From positions 409,591-473,590 of the forward strand of contig JAIOOV010000004.1 of assembly GCA_021414235.1 (NCBI GenBank): a stretch of DNA of 64,000 nucleotides. The letters are read 5' to 3'. Source of the stretch: Candidatus Parcubacteria bacterium. Lineage in GTDB: Bacteria; Patescibacteriota; Minisyncoccia; Phycocordibacterales; JAKFXT01. The notes under the pieces were generated by a model. It was not told where the DNA came from and did not search any database. It saw nothing but the letters and a program-made list of their open reading frames with translations. Positions 15,383 to 23,321 of this stretch are shown in pieces. The translations under genes and the position numbers were made by a program. Position 1 is the first letter of the stretch; every line of letters begins with the position of its first letter.

Positions 15383-18226
15383 TCAAATCACGAAATTGAT
15401 GATCTTCCCGGGAACAAAGATGCGCTTTTTGATCACTACCCCCTTAAGCCACTTCTCCATCTCCGGCAGCTGCTCGGCCTCTCTGAGCGCTTCGGCCTCC
15501 TCTACCCCCATAGAAAGGAGGAGCGTCGCCCTCACTTTGCCGTTCACCTGCACAGCGATAGTAGATTCCGTCTGCACCAGCTTCTTCGGATCAGCTACCG
15601 GCCAGATTTCCTTGTGGATGGACTTCTTGCCTCCCATCTCCTGCCAGAGCTCCTCGGTGATATGCGGCGCAAAGGGCGCTAAGAGCTGCAAGAGGGTCTT
15701 GTATGCAGAGAGCGGTACGGCAGCTTCCTTCTCCAGAGCGTTCTGCAGCACCATCATCTGAGAGACCGCGGTATTGAAACGCATCGCCTCGATGTCTTTT
15801 CCTACCTTCTCGATACTCTGGTGGAGAAGTGTCTCCGTAGCGGAAGAGAGGGTTCCCTTCTTGGCGACCTTCTCCTTGAGGCGCCAGATGCGCTCCAGGA
15901 AGCGGTACATGCCCACCAGGCCGTCGTCATTCCAGGCGATCGCCTGATCGAAAGGTCCCATGAACATCTCATAGAGGCGCAGGCTGTCCGCGCCGAAACG
16001 CTCCACCACATCATCCGGGCTTATACCGTTCCCCTTGGACTTGGAGATCTTCTCGCCGTCCGCCGCCAAGATGAGGCCGTGCGAGGTACGCTTCATATAT
16101 GGCTCTGCGGTCGGTACGAGCCCCTGATCAAAGAGGAATTTGTGCCAGAAGCGGGAGTACAGGAGATGGAGAGTGGTGTGCTCCATGCCGCCGTTGTACC
16201 AATCCACCGGCGTCCAGTGCTTGAGCATCTTCTCGCTCGCGAACGCCTTGCTGTTCTTAGGATCAGCATAGCGAAGGAAGTACCAGGAGGAACCGGCCCA
16301 GTTCGGCATCACGTCCGTCTCGCGGCGTGCCGGACCCTTACAGGTCGGGCACTTCACTTTGACCCACTTCTCAATGGTCGCAAGCGGCGACTCTCCGTTA
16401 TCAGTAGGCTGGTAGTTCTTCACCTTGGGAAGCTCCACCGGAAGGTCCTTCTCAGGCACTCTCACCCAGCCGCACTTCTCACAGTTGATCATGGGGATAG
16501 GCTCGCCCCAGTAGCGCTGGCGGGAGAACACCCAATCACGGAGCTTGAAGGTGGTTTTCTTTCTTCCACCTACCTTCTTTACGATCTTGTCCTTGGCTTC
16601 CTCGCTCTCCATGCCGGAGAATTCTCCGGAATTCCCGAGGATGCCCGGGCCCGTATGAACGAAACCCCTATCACTCACCACAGAAGAGATGAATTCACCT
16701 TCGAACACCGTAAAGAAGCTCTTGAGTTCTTCTTCCTTCTTCCACACGACTTCATGTAGTGCCGCCTCGTTTTCTTCCACCGAAGCCCGTGCCTCATCCT
16801 TCAGTTCAAAAAATACGTAATGGAACCGTGCCCAACGATTCTGCTTCTTGATGCGGTGGTAGAACTGCGTCTGAACGACCCAGGAAGGCTCCTCCACAAG
16901 ACGTAGGTTCATATACCCCGTCTCCTCAAGAACTTCGCGACGGGCAGCCTCTACCACGTCTTCTCCCTCTTCTAAGCCGCCAGTCACTAAGCCGTTCATA
17001 GCCACACCCTTCCAGCTGACACAGAGGTACGTATCGTTTTTGGGGTTACGCACCACTGCACAGATCGCCTCGCGTTTTACGAGAGGCAACTCAGGATGAA
17101 TCTTGTCTTCTCCCTTACTACTAATGAAAAGTGGCTCGACGACACGCTTCACCGGCAGTTCAAACTTCTTAGCAAAAGCGAAGTCGCGCTCATCATGCGC
17201 AGGCACTGCCATGAGCGCACCTGAGCCGTACTGTGCGAGGACGAAATCAGCCACGAAAACCGGCAGCTCTTCCTGATTCGCCGGATTTATCGCTTTTACA
17301 CCCACGAGCTCTACCCCGGTCTTCTCCTTGCCTTCCGCAGTACGCTCCATCTCACTCGCCTTCTTGGCTTTGACCACGTATTCCAGGACCTCCTTCTTGT
17401 TTGAGGCCTTCTCTGCGAATTGAGCGACAAGCGGATGCTCCGGCGCGAGCACTACAAAGGTAGCGCCGAAGAGCGTATCCGGACGGGTGGTGAAGACGGT
17501 CAGCTTCTCAGCGCTTCCCTTGATGCCGAAATCAATCTCCGCGCCCTCGCTCCTGCCGATCCAGTTCCTTTGCTGCAGCTTAATCTTCTCGAGGAAATCC
17601 ACGGTATCGAGGTCCCTGTCGAGACGCTCCGCATACTTGGTGATGGCGAGCATCCACTGCTCCTTCTCGCGCTTCTCCGTCTCCGTGCCGCAACGCTCGC
17701 ACTTGCCGTCGATGACTTCTTCGTTAGCAAGGCCAATCTTGCACTTCGGACACCAGTTGATGGATGCTTTGTTCTTGTACGCCAATCCCTTCTCGTGGAG
17801 CTTGAGGAAGATCCACTGGGTCCAGCGATAGTAGGCGGGATCGGTGGTGTTCACCTCGCGGGACCAGTCGAAGGAGAAGCCGATGGACTTCAGCTGACGC
17901 CGGAAGTTATTAATCGCCTTCTTGGTGATGATTGCCGGATGGATGCCGGTCTTGAGAGCATAGTTCTCTGCAGGAAGCCCAAAGGCGTCCCAGCCCATGG
18001 GATAGAGCACCTCGTAGCCTTCTGCGCGGCGCTTGCGAGCCACCACGTCCATGGCGGTGTTACTCCTGATATGGCCCACATGCATGCCCTCGCCGGAGGG
18101 GTACGGGAACTCGATGAGGAGATATGACTTCTTTGTACCCTTCTTCTCGGTAGCCTTGTTAGCCCCAGACTTCTCCCACACGGCCTGCCACTTCTTCTCG
18201 AGCTTCCGGTGGTCGTAGGCCTTCAT
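15383..18226 (-). CDS. leuS: leucine--tRNA ligase with an inserted NUDIX hydrolase domain
   Basis: Class I LeuRS: HVGH (HIGH) motif, TTRPDT editing-site motif, AVPAHDERD, LRDWVFSRQRYWG and KISKS (KMSKS). Residues ~372-533 are an extra domain containing a perfect Nudix box GGLEEGEDVVEAARREVLEETGY. The ORF begins at a TTG (18244). The ATG at 18226 (MKAYDH) is preferred. Confidence 0.9.
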   Translation of the reverse strand: MKAYDHRKLEKKWQAVWEKSGANKATEKKGTKKSYLLIEFPYPSGEGMHVGHIRSNTAMDVVARKRRAEGYEVLYPMGWDAFGLPAENYALKTGIHPAIITKKAINNFRRQLKSIGFSFDWSREVNTTDPAYYRWTQWIFLKLHEKGLAYKNKASINWCPKCKIGLANEEVIDGKCERCGTETEKREKEQWMLAITKYAERLDRDLDTVDFLEKIKLQQRNWIGRSEGAEIDFGIKGSAEKLTVFTTRPDTLFGATFVVLAPEHPLVAQFAEKASNKKEVLEYVVKAKKASEMERTAEGKEKTGVELVGVKAINPANQEELPVFVADFVLAQYGSGALMAVPAHDERDFAFAKKFELPVKRVVEPLFISSKGEDKIHPELPLVKREAICAVVRNPKNDTYLCVSWKGVAMNGLVTGGLEEGEDVVEAARREVLEETGYMNLRLVEEPSWVVQTQFYHRIKKQNRWARFHYVFFELKDEARASVEENEAALHEVVWKKEEELKSFFTVFEGEFISSVVSDRGFVHTGPGILGNSGEFSGMESEEAKDKIVKKVGGRKKTTFKLRDWVFSRQRYWGEPIPMINCEKCGWVRVPEKDLPVELPKVKNYQPTDNGESPLATIEKWVKVKCPTCKGPARRETDVMPNWAGSSWYFLRYADPKNSKAFASEKMLKHWTPVDWYNGGMEHTTLHLLYSRFWHKFLFDQGLVPTAEPYMKRTSHGLILAADGEKISKSKGNGISPDDVVERFGADSLRLYEMFMGPFDQAIAWNDDGLVGMYRFLERIWRLKEKVAKKGTLSSATETLLHQSIEKVGKDIEAMRFNTAVSQMMVLQNALEKEAAVPLSAYKTLLQLLAPFAPHITEELWQEMGGKKSIHKEIWPVADPKKLVQTESTIAVQVNGKVRATLLLSMGVEEAEALREAEQLPEMEKWLKGVVIKKRIFVPGKIINFVI

Positions 18227-18244
18227 AGTCCCTGGATAATACAA

Positions 18245-18279
18245 GAAAAAAGCAGCCTCGCAAAAGGCTGCTTTTTTCG
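18245..18279. terminator. bidirectional rho-independent terminator hairpin
   Basis: Stem AGCAGCCT/AGGCTGCT with a 6-nt loop, flanked by an A-tract on one side and a T-tract on the other. Lies between the membrane-protein gene and leuS. Confidence 0.6.
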
Positions 18280-18298
18280 TTCTCTAAAACAGAGAGGT

Positions 18299-19222
18299 CT
18301 AGTTACGCTTCATCGGAGGATAGAGCTGGGGATCGATGGTGCGGACGAAGCAGTAGCGTCCCTGCGTATACTCCCAATTATCATTCGCTCCCGACATGAT
18401 CGGCTTCGCGTACGAAGGATTCACACCGCGGGGAGCGAGCTCAAAGTTCGCGCAGAGCTCGAACGCACGGGTGCCAGTGACTTTGTACTCGTAAGGAGTG
18501 CCGGTCTTGGGATCGTTCGGGATGTTGTAGTACGCGAGCGGATCATTCATCTGCGCCAGATCGAGCGGCAAGGCTTCTTTGGCCTGCCAGTAGGAGACGA
18601 TCTGTCCCTGGATCTGCTGGAGATCGCTCAGGCGCTGCTCGTCATAGCGATACGAGCGCTGAGTCGCCGGAGTACCGATGACCATGAAGCCGGCGAGCAC
18701 AGAGCCGAGGATGAAGAGCGCCACCAGAACGCGCCAGACATTTCGCTCCGTGGAACCGATCTTGTCGTGAAGCTCACGGTAGTAGTAGCCAAAGACGGTG
18801 CCCGCGACGACGAATACGGAGAGCGCCTTGAGGAGGAAGGCAGTAGTCAGGTCACGCCCGTCGAGGAAGTAGTAGATGATGGTGATGAGGTCACCTGCGG
18901 CGATGGCTCCCGCGAGGAAGAGCGTGAGGTAGACGAGCCATCGGCGCACATCAAGCTGCTTCTTAGCGGAATCCGCGGTATAGGTACGCTGGATCAGGAC
19001 GGAGAGCAGTACGAACAGCGGGAAGAGCACGATGACAGAAGCCACCGGGAAGCTGATCGAAGGGTAGGTGTAGTACTGGTAGGCCACGAGGATGGGCGGA
19101 TACGCCGCATCAATCACCCGGAAGAGGAGAGTGAGGAGCGCCCCGATCATCCCGTAGAGCACGACGATGCTCCCCAGGTGCAAGAAGAAGTCCGAGGCGG
19201 TTACTTTAGGTTTGGAGTCCAT
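18299..19222 (-). CDS. polytopic membrane protein (hypothetical)
   Basis: 307 aa with ~6 TM helices in the N-terminal two-thirds and a soluble C-terminal region. No catalytic motif recognised. Confidence 0.65.
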   Translation of the reverse strand: MDSKPKVTASDFFLHLGSIVVLYGMIGALLTLLFRVIDAAYPPILVAYQYYTYPSISFPVASVIVLFPLFVLLSVLIQRTYTADSAKKQLDVRRWLVYLTLFLAGAIAAGDLITIIYYFLDGRDLTTAFLLKALSVFVVAGTVFGYYYRELHDKIGSTERNVWRVLVALFILGSVLAGFMVIGTPATQRSYRYDEQRLSDLQQIQGQIVSYWQAKEALPLDLAQMNDPLAYYNIPNDPKTGTPYEYKVTGTRAFELCANFELAPRGVNPSYAKPIMSGANDNWEYTQGRYCFVRTIDPQLYPPMKRN

Positions 19223-19287
19223 GAATAAAGGCTTATTGGGTAATAGCCTTAGTATATTCCTGCTTCACCCAAAGAGCTACGTAGGGA

Positions 19288-20382
19288 TTAAATCTTAAAC
19301 TCCACCACATCCCCATCCTTCACAATGTAATCCTTCCCCTCCGTACGCACCGCACCCTTCTCACGAGCTGCCGCATATGAACCCGCATCGAGCAACGTAT
19401 CCCAGTGGATGATCTCCGCGCGGATGAACTTGTCTATAAAATCGGTATGAATGGCTCCACCCGCGTGTTTGGCATCTGTGCCGCGAAGCACTGTCCACGC
19501 ACGCGTCTCCTCCTCCCCTGTGGTGAAGTAGGTAATAAGGTTGAGAATCTGATAGCTCTTGCGGATCAACTTGTCGATACCGTCCTCGTGTCCGAGTTCA
19601 GAGGCAAACTGCGCCTTCTCTTCGTCTGAGAAATCCTTAAGGTCTTCCTGTACCTTGGCGTCCATCAGCACATAGTCCGCTCCCAGGCTCTCTATATATT
19701 TCAAAAGCTCCGCATAGCGCTCATCCCCCATCTCATCCAGATTCTTCCCTCCCGCCTTCTTGTTGAGCGCATAGAGGATAGGCTTCACCGTGAGGAGGTT
19801 GAACGTCTTAGCGAGCGGCTTCTCTGCATCCGTAAGGCTAACGGTATTAGCGAGCTTCTCGGCTTCCAGCGCTTCCTGGAAGCGAGCAAGGAGCGCTTCT
19901 TTGATGACCGCTTCTTTGTCTCCCCGCTTGGCATCACGTGCCACAGAGTCCCGCTGCTTCCGCACGCTCTCGAGGTCGGCCAGGATGAGCTCGAGGTTAA
20001 TCACCTCGATATCGTTCTTGGGGTGTATTTTCCCATCCACATGGATGATGTTGTCGTCCTCGAAGATGCGCACCACTTCGAGAATGGCATCTGTCTCCCT
20101 AATATTAGAGAGGAACTTGTTGCCGAGGCCCTCGCCCTCGGAAGCACCCTTCACGAGACCCGCGATATCTACGAACTCTACTGCTGCGGGGATGGTCTTC
20201 TTAGTTTTGGAAAAATCAGCGAGTTTATACAAACGATCGTCCGGCACAGCGACAACACCCACCGAAGGATCGATGGTACAGAAGGGGTAGTTGGCGGCCT
20301 CCACTGATTTCTTAGTGAGGCCGTTGAAAAGTGTGGACTTCCCCACGTTCGGGAGTCCGACGATGCCGATGGATAAGGCCAT
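19288..20382 (-). CDS. ychF: ribosome-binding ATPase YchF (Obg-family GTPase)
   Basis: G1 motif GIVGLPNVGKSTLFN, a coiled-coil insertion and a C-terminal TGS domain. 364 aa, typical of YchF. Confidence 0.9.
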   Translation of the reverse strand: MALSIGIVGLPNVGKSTLFNGLTKKSVEAANYPFCTIDPSVGVVAVPDDRLYKLADFSKTKKTIPAAVEFVDIAGLVKGASEGEGLGNKFLSNIRETDAILEVVRIFEDDNIIHVDGKIHPKNDIEVINLELILADLESVRKQRDSVARDAKRGDKEAVIKEALLARFQEALEAEKLANTVSLTDAEKPLAKTFNLLTVKPILYALNKKAGGKNLDEMGDERYAELLKYIESLGADYVLMDAKVQEDLKDFSDEEKAQFASELGHEDGIDKLIRKSYQILNLITYFTTGEEETRAWTVLRGTDAKHAGGAIHTDFIDKFIRAEIIHWDTLLDAGSYAAAREKGAVRTEGKDYIVKDGDVVEFKI

Positions 20383-20403
20383 GAGAGCTACAAACTAGCA
20401 CGA

Positions 20404-20448
20404 AGACCGTGAACACGCACACCCTGCACGTTCACGGTCTTGTTTCTG
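20404..20448 (-). terminator. hairpin terminator candidate between small ORF and ychF
   Basis: 11-bp perfect stem AGACCGTGAAC/GTTCACGGTCT with a ~15-nt loop. Flanked by T-rich sequence. Confidence 0.35.
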
Positions 20449-20463
20449 AGTCGGTCCAGAGGG

Positions 20464-20700
20464 TCAAAGAGAAATAAGACGCACCTCCTCATACGTAGAA
20501 TGTGCGATTCCCTTGGCTTCCTCAACCTCATGCGGCGACATCTCCGAACTCGTCACCCACCTGTCGAGCGCTGTCTGGTTGTAGGCCCGACACCGCAGAT
20601 CGCCCGAATCCTTACAGATCAGGACGGCCCGATAGAATTCTATGAAGATGGCTCTGCGCCTTTCCCAGCCTTCCCGGAAATTGTCGTTGCTCGACTTCAT
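20464..20700 (-). CDS. small hypothetical protein (78 aa)
   Basis: ORF with protein-like, non-biased composition on the same strand as its neighbours. The competing plus-strand ORF is Arg-rich and looks like junk. No motif recognised. Confidence 0.3.
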   Translation of the reverse strand: MKSSNDNFREGWERRRAIFIEFYRAVLICKDSGDLRCRAYNQTALDRWVTSSEMSPHEVEEAKGIAHSTYEEVRLISL

Positions 20701-20782
20701 TCAGACCTCCCGCGGAAAGAATCCTGTCAGGAGAATCTCGAAAAACGAGACGGAAGTCAATAAAGTGCCAAGGCCCCTCTAT

Positions 20783-21364
20783 TTATTTCGCCTTCGCCCC
20801 CAACTTATATATCCTCGCCCCCCACTTACCTACCTGTGAAGCCTTCATGTGCTCGATGCGGCCAATGGAGAGGACGCGTACAGGCCAGATACCGGCGAAC
20901 CAGAGGATGCCGCGGCGGATTTCGTTTGAATAATCCCCGATCATGAGCCAGGTGAGGAGCGGCCAATTATTCATAGTGATGACCACGCGCGCAGTGCGCC
21001 CCGAGAGGAGCCTCTTCCACATCATCTTCTTGGGCAGGAACTTGAACGCAAATCCGGGGAGGAACATGCGATCAAAGAGCCCCTTGAGGAGCGCAGGCAT
21101 CGTGCTCCACCAGTTGGGATAGAAGATGGCGATATGCTCGGCCCAACGGAAGTCCTCTTGAAGCTTCACGAGATCCGGCTCTAGCGCTTGGATGACCTTG
21201 TAGCCCTTGTGGAGGATGGGATCGAACTGGAGATCTCCGATATTCACGCGGCGAACCTCATGACCCGCGTCCCGCGCACCCGCCTCATACCTATCTGCGA
21301 AATACCCATTGACCGTCTCATTGTCCGGATGCCCGAGGAAAACAAGGATTTTCTTTGATTTCAT
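20783..21364 (-). CDS. flavodoxin-like fold NAD(P)H-dependent oxidoreductase (NAD(P)H dehydrogenase (quinone)/MdaB-like)
   Basis: Begins MKSKKILVFLGHPDNETVNGYFA...IAIFYPNWWSTMPALLKGLFDRMF, the Flavodoxin_2/NQO-like pattern. Confidence 0.65.
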   Translation of the reverse strand: MKSKKILVFLGHPDNETVNGYFADRYEAGARDAGHEVRRVNIGDLQFDPILHKGYKVIQALEPDLVKLQEDFRWAEHIAIFYPNWWSTMPALLKGLFDRMFLPGFAFKFLPKKMMWKRLLSGRTARVVITMNNWPLLTWLMIGDYSNEIRRGILWFAGIWPVRVLSIGRIEHMKASQVGKWGARIYKLGAKAK

Positions 21365-21370
21365 GTGTTT

Positions 21371-21595
21371 CTACTTGAGCGCTTCAGCGAGTTCCTTCTG
21401 GAATTCCTGAGCTACCTCCATAGCAGCCGCCATCTGGTCCTTGCCACCTTTCACCTTCTCTTGGATCTTCTCGCCCATCTTTGCAAAAAGCTCCGGATTC
21501 TTCTCTATGGCAGCAAACATTTTCTCCTGCTGCTCTTCCGGCACATCCTTCATCTTGGACTTCAGGAGCTGCTTCATGAGGAAATTCTTGAACAT
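21371..21595 (-). CDS. small helical hypothetical protein (74 aa)
   Basis: Terminal part of a longer minus-strand ORF. From the ATG at 21595 the sequence (MFKNFLMKQLLKSKMKDVPEEQQEKMF...) is non-repetitive and Lys/Glu-rich helical. Upstream of that ATG the frame is Ala/Arg/Ser-rich antisense junk. Confidence 0.35.
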   Translation of the reverse strand: MFKNFLMKQLLKSKMKDVPEEQQEKMFAAIEKNPELFAKMGEKIQEKVKGGKDQMAAAMEVAQEFQKELAEALK

Positions 21596-21659
21596 ACCAT
21601 TCAGTCTACCACCTCCCGCAAAAGCTATGAATAGTCTGCGATAGGGCCGTATCTTAAAC

Positions 21660-23318
21660 TTGACGGAGATCGTTTTTCCTGTTACCCTTCTTCCACTTAT
21701 GTGGAACTTCATCAACATGCTGATACGGGAGGAGATCTGGTTTGAGCGTTTCGCACGCAAGCACGTCCTCGGAGCCCTCGCAGGAGCCATCCTGCTCGGT
21801 CTCGGCGCAGGGTATTTCCTCCGCGGAGGCCCAGAAGCAGAGGAAGTGGTAGCAGAGAGTCGCATACGCGAGGTTAAAGTCGCCTCTGTCGCGGAACTCT
21901 CCGGCACCGCTACCACCCTCCCCCTCGTAGGCACCGTCACTTCCGAGAGTGAAGCCTCTATCAGCGCACAGTCTTCCGGCGAAGTCCGCGCCATATACAA
22001 GAAGCTCGGTGATTTCGTGGCAGCAGGCAGCATCATCGCGGAGATCGAGAACAGCAGGGAGCGCGCCACCGTGCTCCAGGCCCAGGCAGGAGTCGAGAGT
22101 GCCAAGGCGGGTAAAGCCATCTCTGAGAGCGGCGCCTCCATCTCTGAAACGAGCAGCGAGAGCGCCAAACGCGCTCTCGAGGAAGCCCGTGTCGCTGCAG
22201 TGAACTCCCTTCGTAGCGCCTACGATGCTGCAGATGACTCCGTGCGCTCCAAGCTCGACCTCATGTTCAGCAACGCCCGCACCCAGAATCCCCAGTTCAA
22301 TATCACCGTGAGCGACAGCCAGCTCCCCATCGACATCAACTTCAAGCGCCTCAATATCACCGATATTCTGGCGCGCGAAACCGCCCGCAAGGCTTCTCTC
22401 TCCGTTACCAGCGATCTTGCTAAAGAGATCAGCCTCGCAGAAGCGGACCTCCGCTATATCAAAGATTTCAATGACGATGTCATCCTGGCCCTCAACCAAG
22501 GCATCGCTTCCCAGTCCGTAAGTCAGGCTACGATAGATAGCTTCAGGACTTCCGCCGCAGCTACGCGTTCTACTCTGAACGCCGCTATCTCTTCCCTCTC
22601 CTCTGTGCGCGACAATCTCAGCATCAAGGCCTCCCAGCTCGAAGTATCCTCCCAGCAGACCGGCTCCTCAGGCTCTTCCGTCTCGAGCTCAGAGGCAGTC
22701 ATCAAGCAGGCCGAGGCCACGCTTCGTCTCGCACAGGTCTCCCTTGAGAAATCCTTCATCCGCGCGCCGATCAGCGGCACCCTGAACAGCTTCTCGCTGA
22801 AGCGCGGTGATTTCGTCTCGCTCTCCCAGCCGGTGGCAGTCATCTCCAACAACAACGCACTCGAGGTGGTGAGCTATATCACTGAAGAGGATGCCGCCTA
22901 CGTAGCCGTCGGAAGCAAGGCGACCATAGGGGAATCAGTCGCGGGCGTGGTCACCCGCATCGCTCCCGCTCTTGATCCCAAGACCCGCAAGATCGAGGTG
23001 CGCATCGGCATCACCGGCTCTTCGAGCCTCATCAACGGCCAGACCGTGAGCCTCTCCCTCATCCGCGCGCCTAAGACAAGAAATGTCTCCCAGAACGCCC
23101 CTCTCACCGTACCTATCTCCGCCCTCAAGATAACCCCAGCGGGTTCCTTCGTGTTCACTATAGGCGCGGAAGGAAAGCTCGTCGCGCACCAGGTCAAAGA
23201 AGGACTCCTCCTCGGCGACCGCGTAGCCATCTCGGAAGGACTCACCTCCGACATGCATATCGTGACCGACGCCCGCGGCCTCAAGGAAGGGATGAGCGTG
23301 ACCGTTAAAGCTGAATAA
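21660..23318 (+). CDS. efflux RND transporter periplasmic adaptor subunit (membrane fusion protein, HlyD family)
   Basis: N-terminal TM anchor, long coiled-coil region, and a C-terminal beta-barrel/MP domain (VAVISNNNALEV, TVPISALKITPAGSFVF). Immediately precedes the RND permease gene. The start may be an internal Met. Confidence 0.8.
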   Translation: MTEIVFPVTLLPLMWNFINMLIREEIWFERFARKHVLGALAGAILLGLGAGYFLRGGPEAEEVVAESRIREVKVASVAELSGTATTLPLVGTVTSESEASISAQSSGEVRAIYKKLGDFVAAGSIIAEIENSRERATVLQAQAGVESAKAGKAISESGASISETSSESAKRALEEARVAAVNSLRSAYDAADDSVRSKLDLMFSNARTQNPQFNITVSDSQLPIDINFKRLNITDILARETARKASLSVTSDLAKEISLAEADLRYIKDFNDDVILALNQGIASQSVSQATIDSFRTSAAATRSTLNAAISSLSSVRDNLSIKASQLEVSSQQTGSSGSSVSSSEAVIKQAEATLRLAQVSLEKSFIRAPISGTLNSFSLKRGDFVSLSQPVAVISNNNALEVVSYITEEDAAYVAVGSKATIGESVAGVVTRIAPALDPKTRKIEVRIGITGSSSLINGQTVSLSLIRAPKTRNVSQNAPLTVPISALKITPAGSFVFTIGAEGKLVAHQVKEGLLLGDRVAISEGLTSDMHIVTDARGLKEGMSVTVKAE

Positions 23319-23321
23319 TCC

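Noticed and set aside
14548-15399. 283-aa plus-strand ORF antisense to the sigma-r4 domain gene
   Set aside because: Gly/Leu/Ala/Glu-rich antisense artefact. The minus-strand frame carries a recognisable sigma-70 region 4 HTH.
15821-19228. Long plus-strand ORFs (15821..16759, 17420..18127, 18209..19228) antisense to leuS and the membrane-protein gene
   Set aside because: They overlap genes with strong homology signatures on the other strand. Their compositions are Arg/Leu/His-rich junk.
20706-20800. Odd C-rich intergenic sequence (cgcccccaacttatatatcctcgccccccacttacc) with a TTGACT box on the minus strand
   Set aside because: The -10 partner is poor (GATTCT) and the downstream 78-aa ORF is itself low-confidence. 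Not enough to call a promoter.
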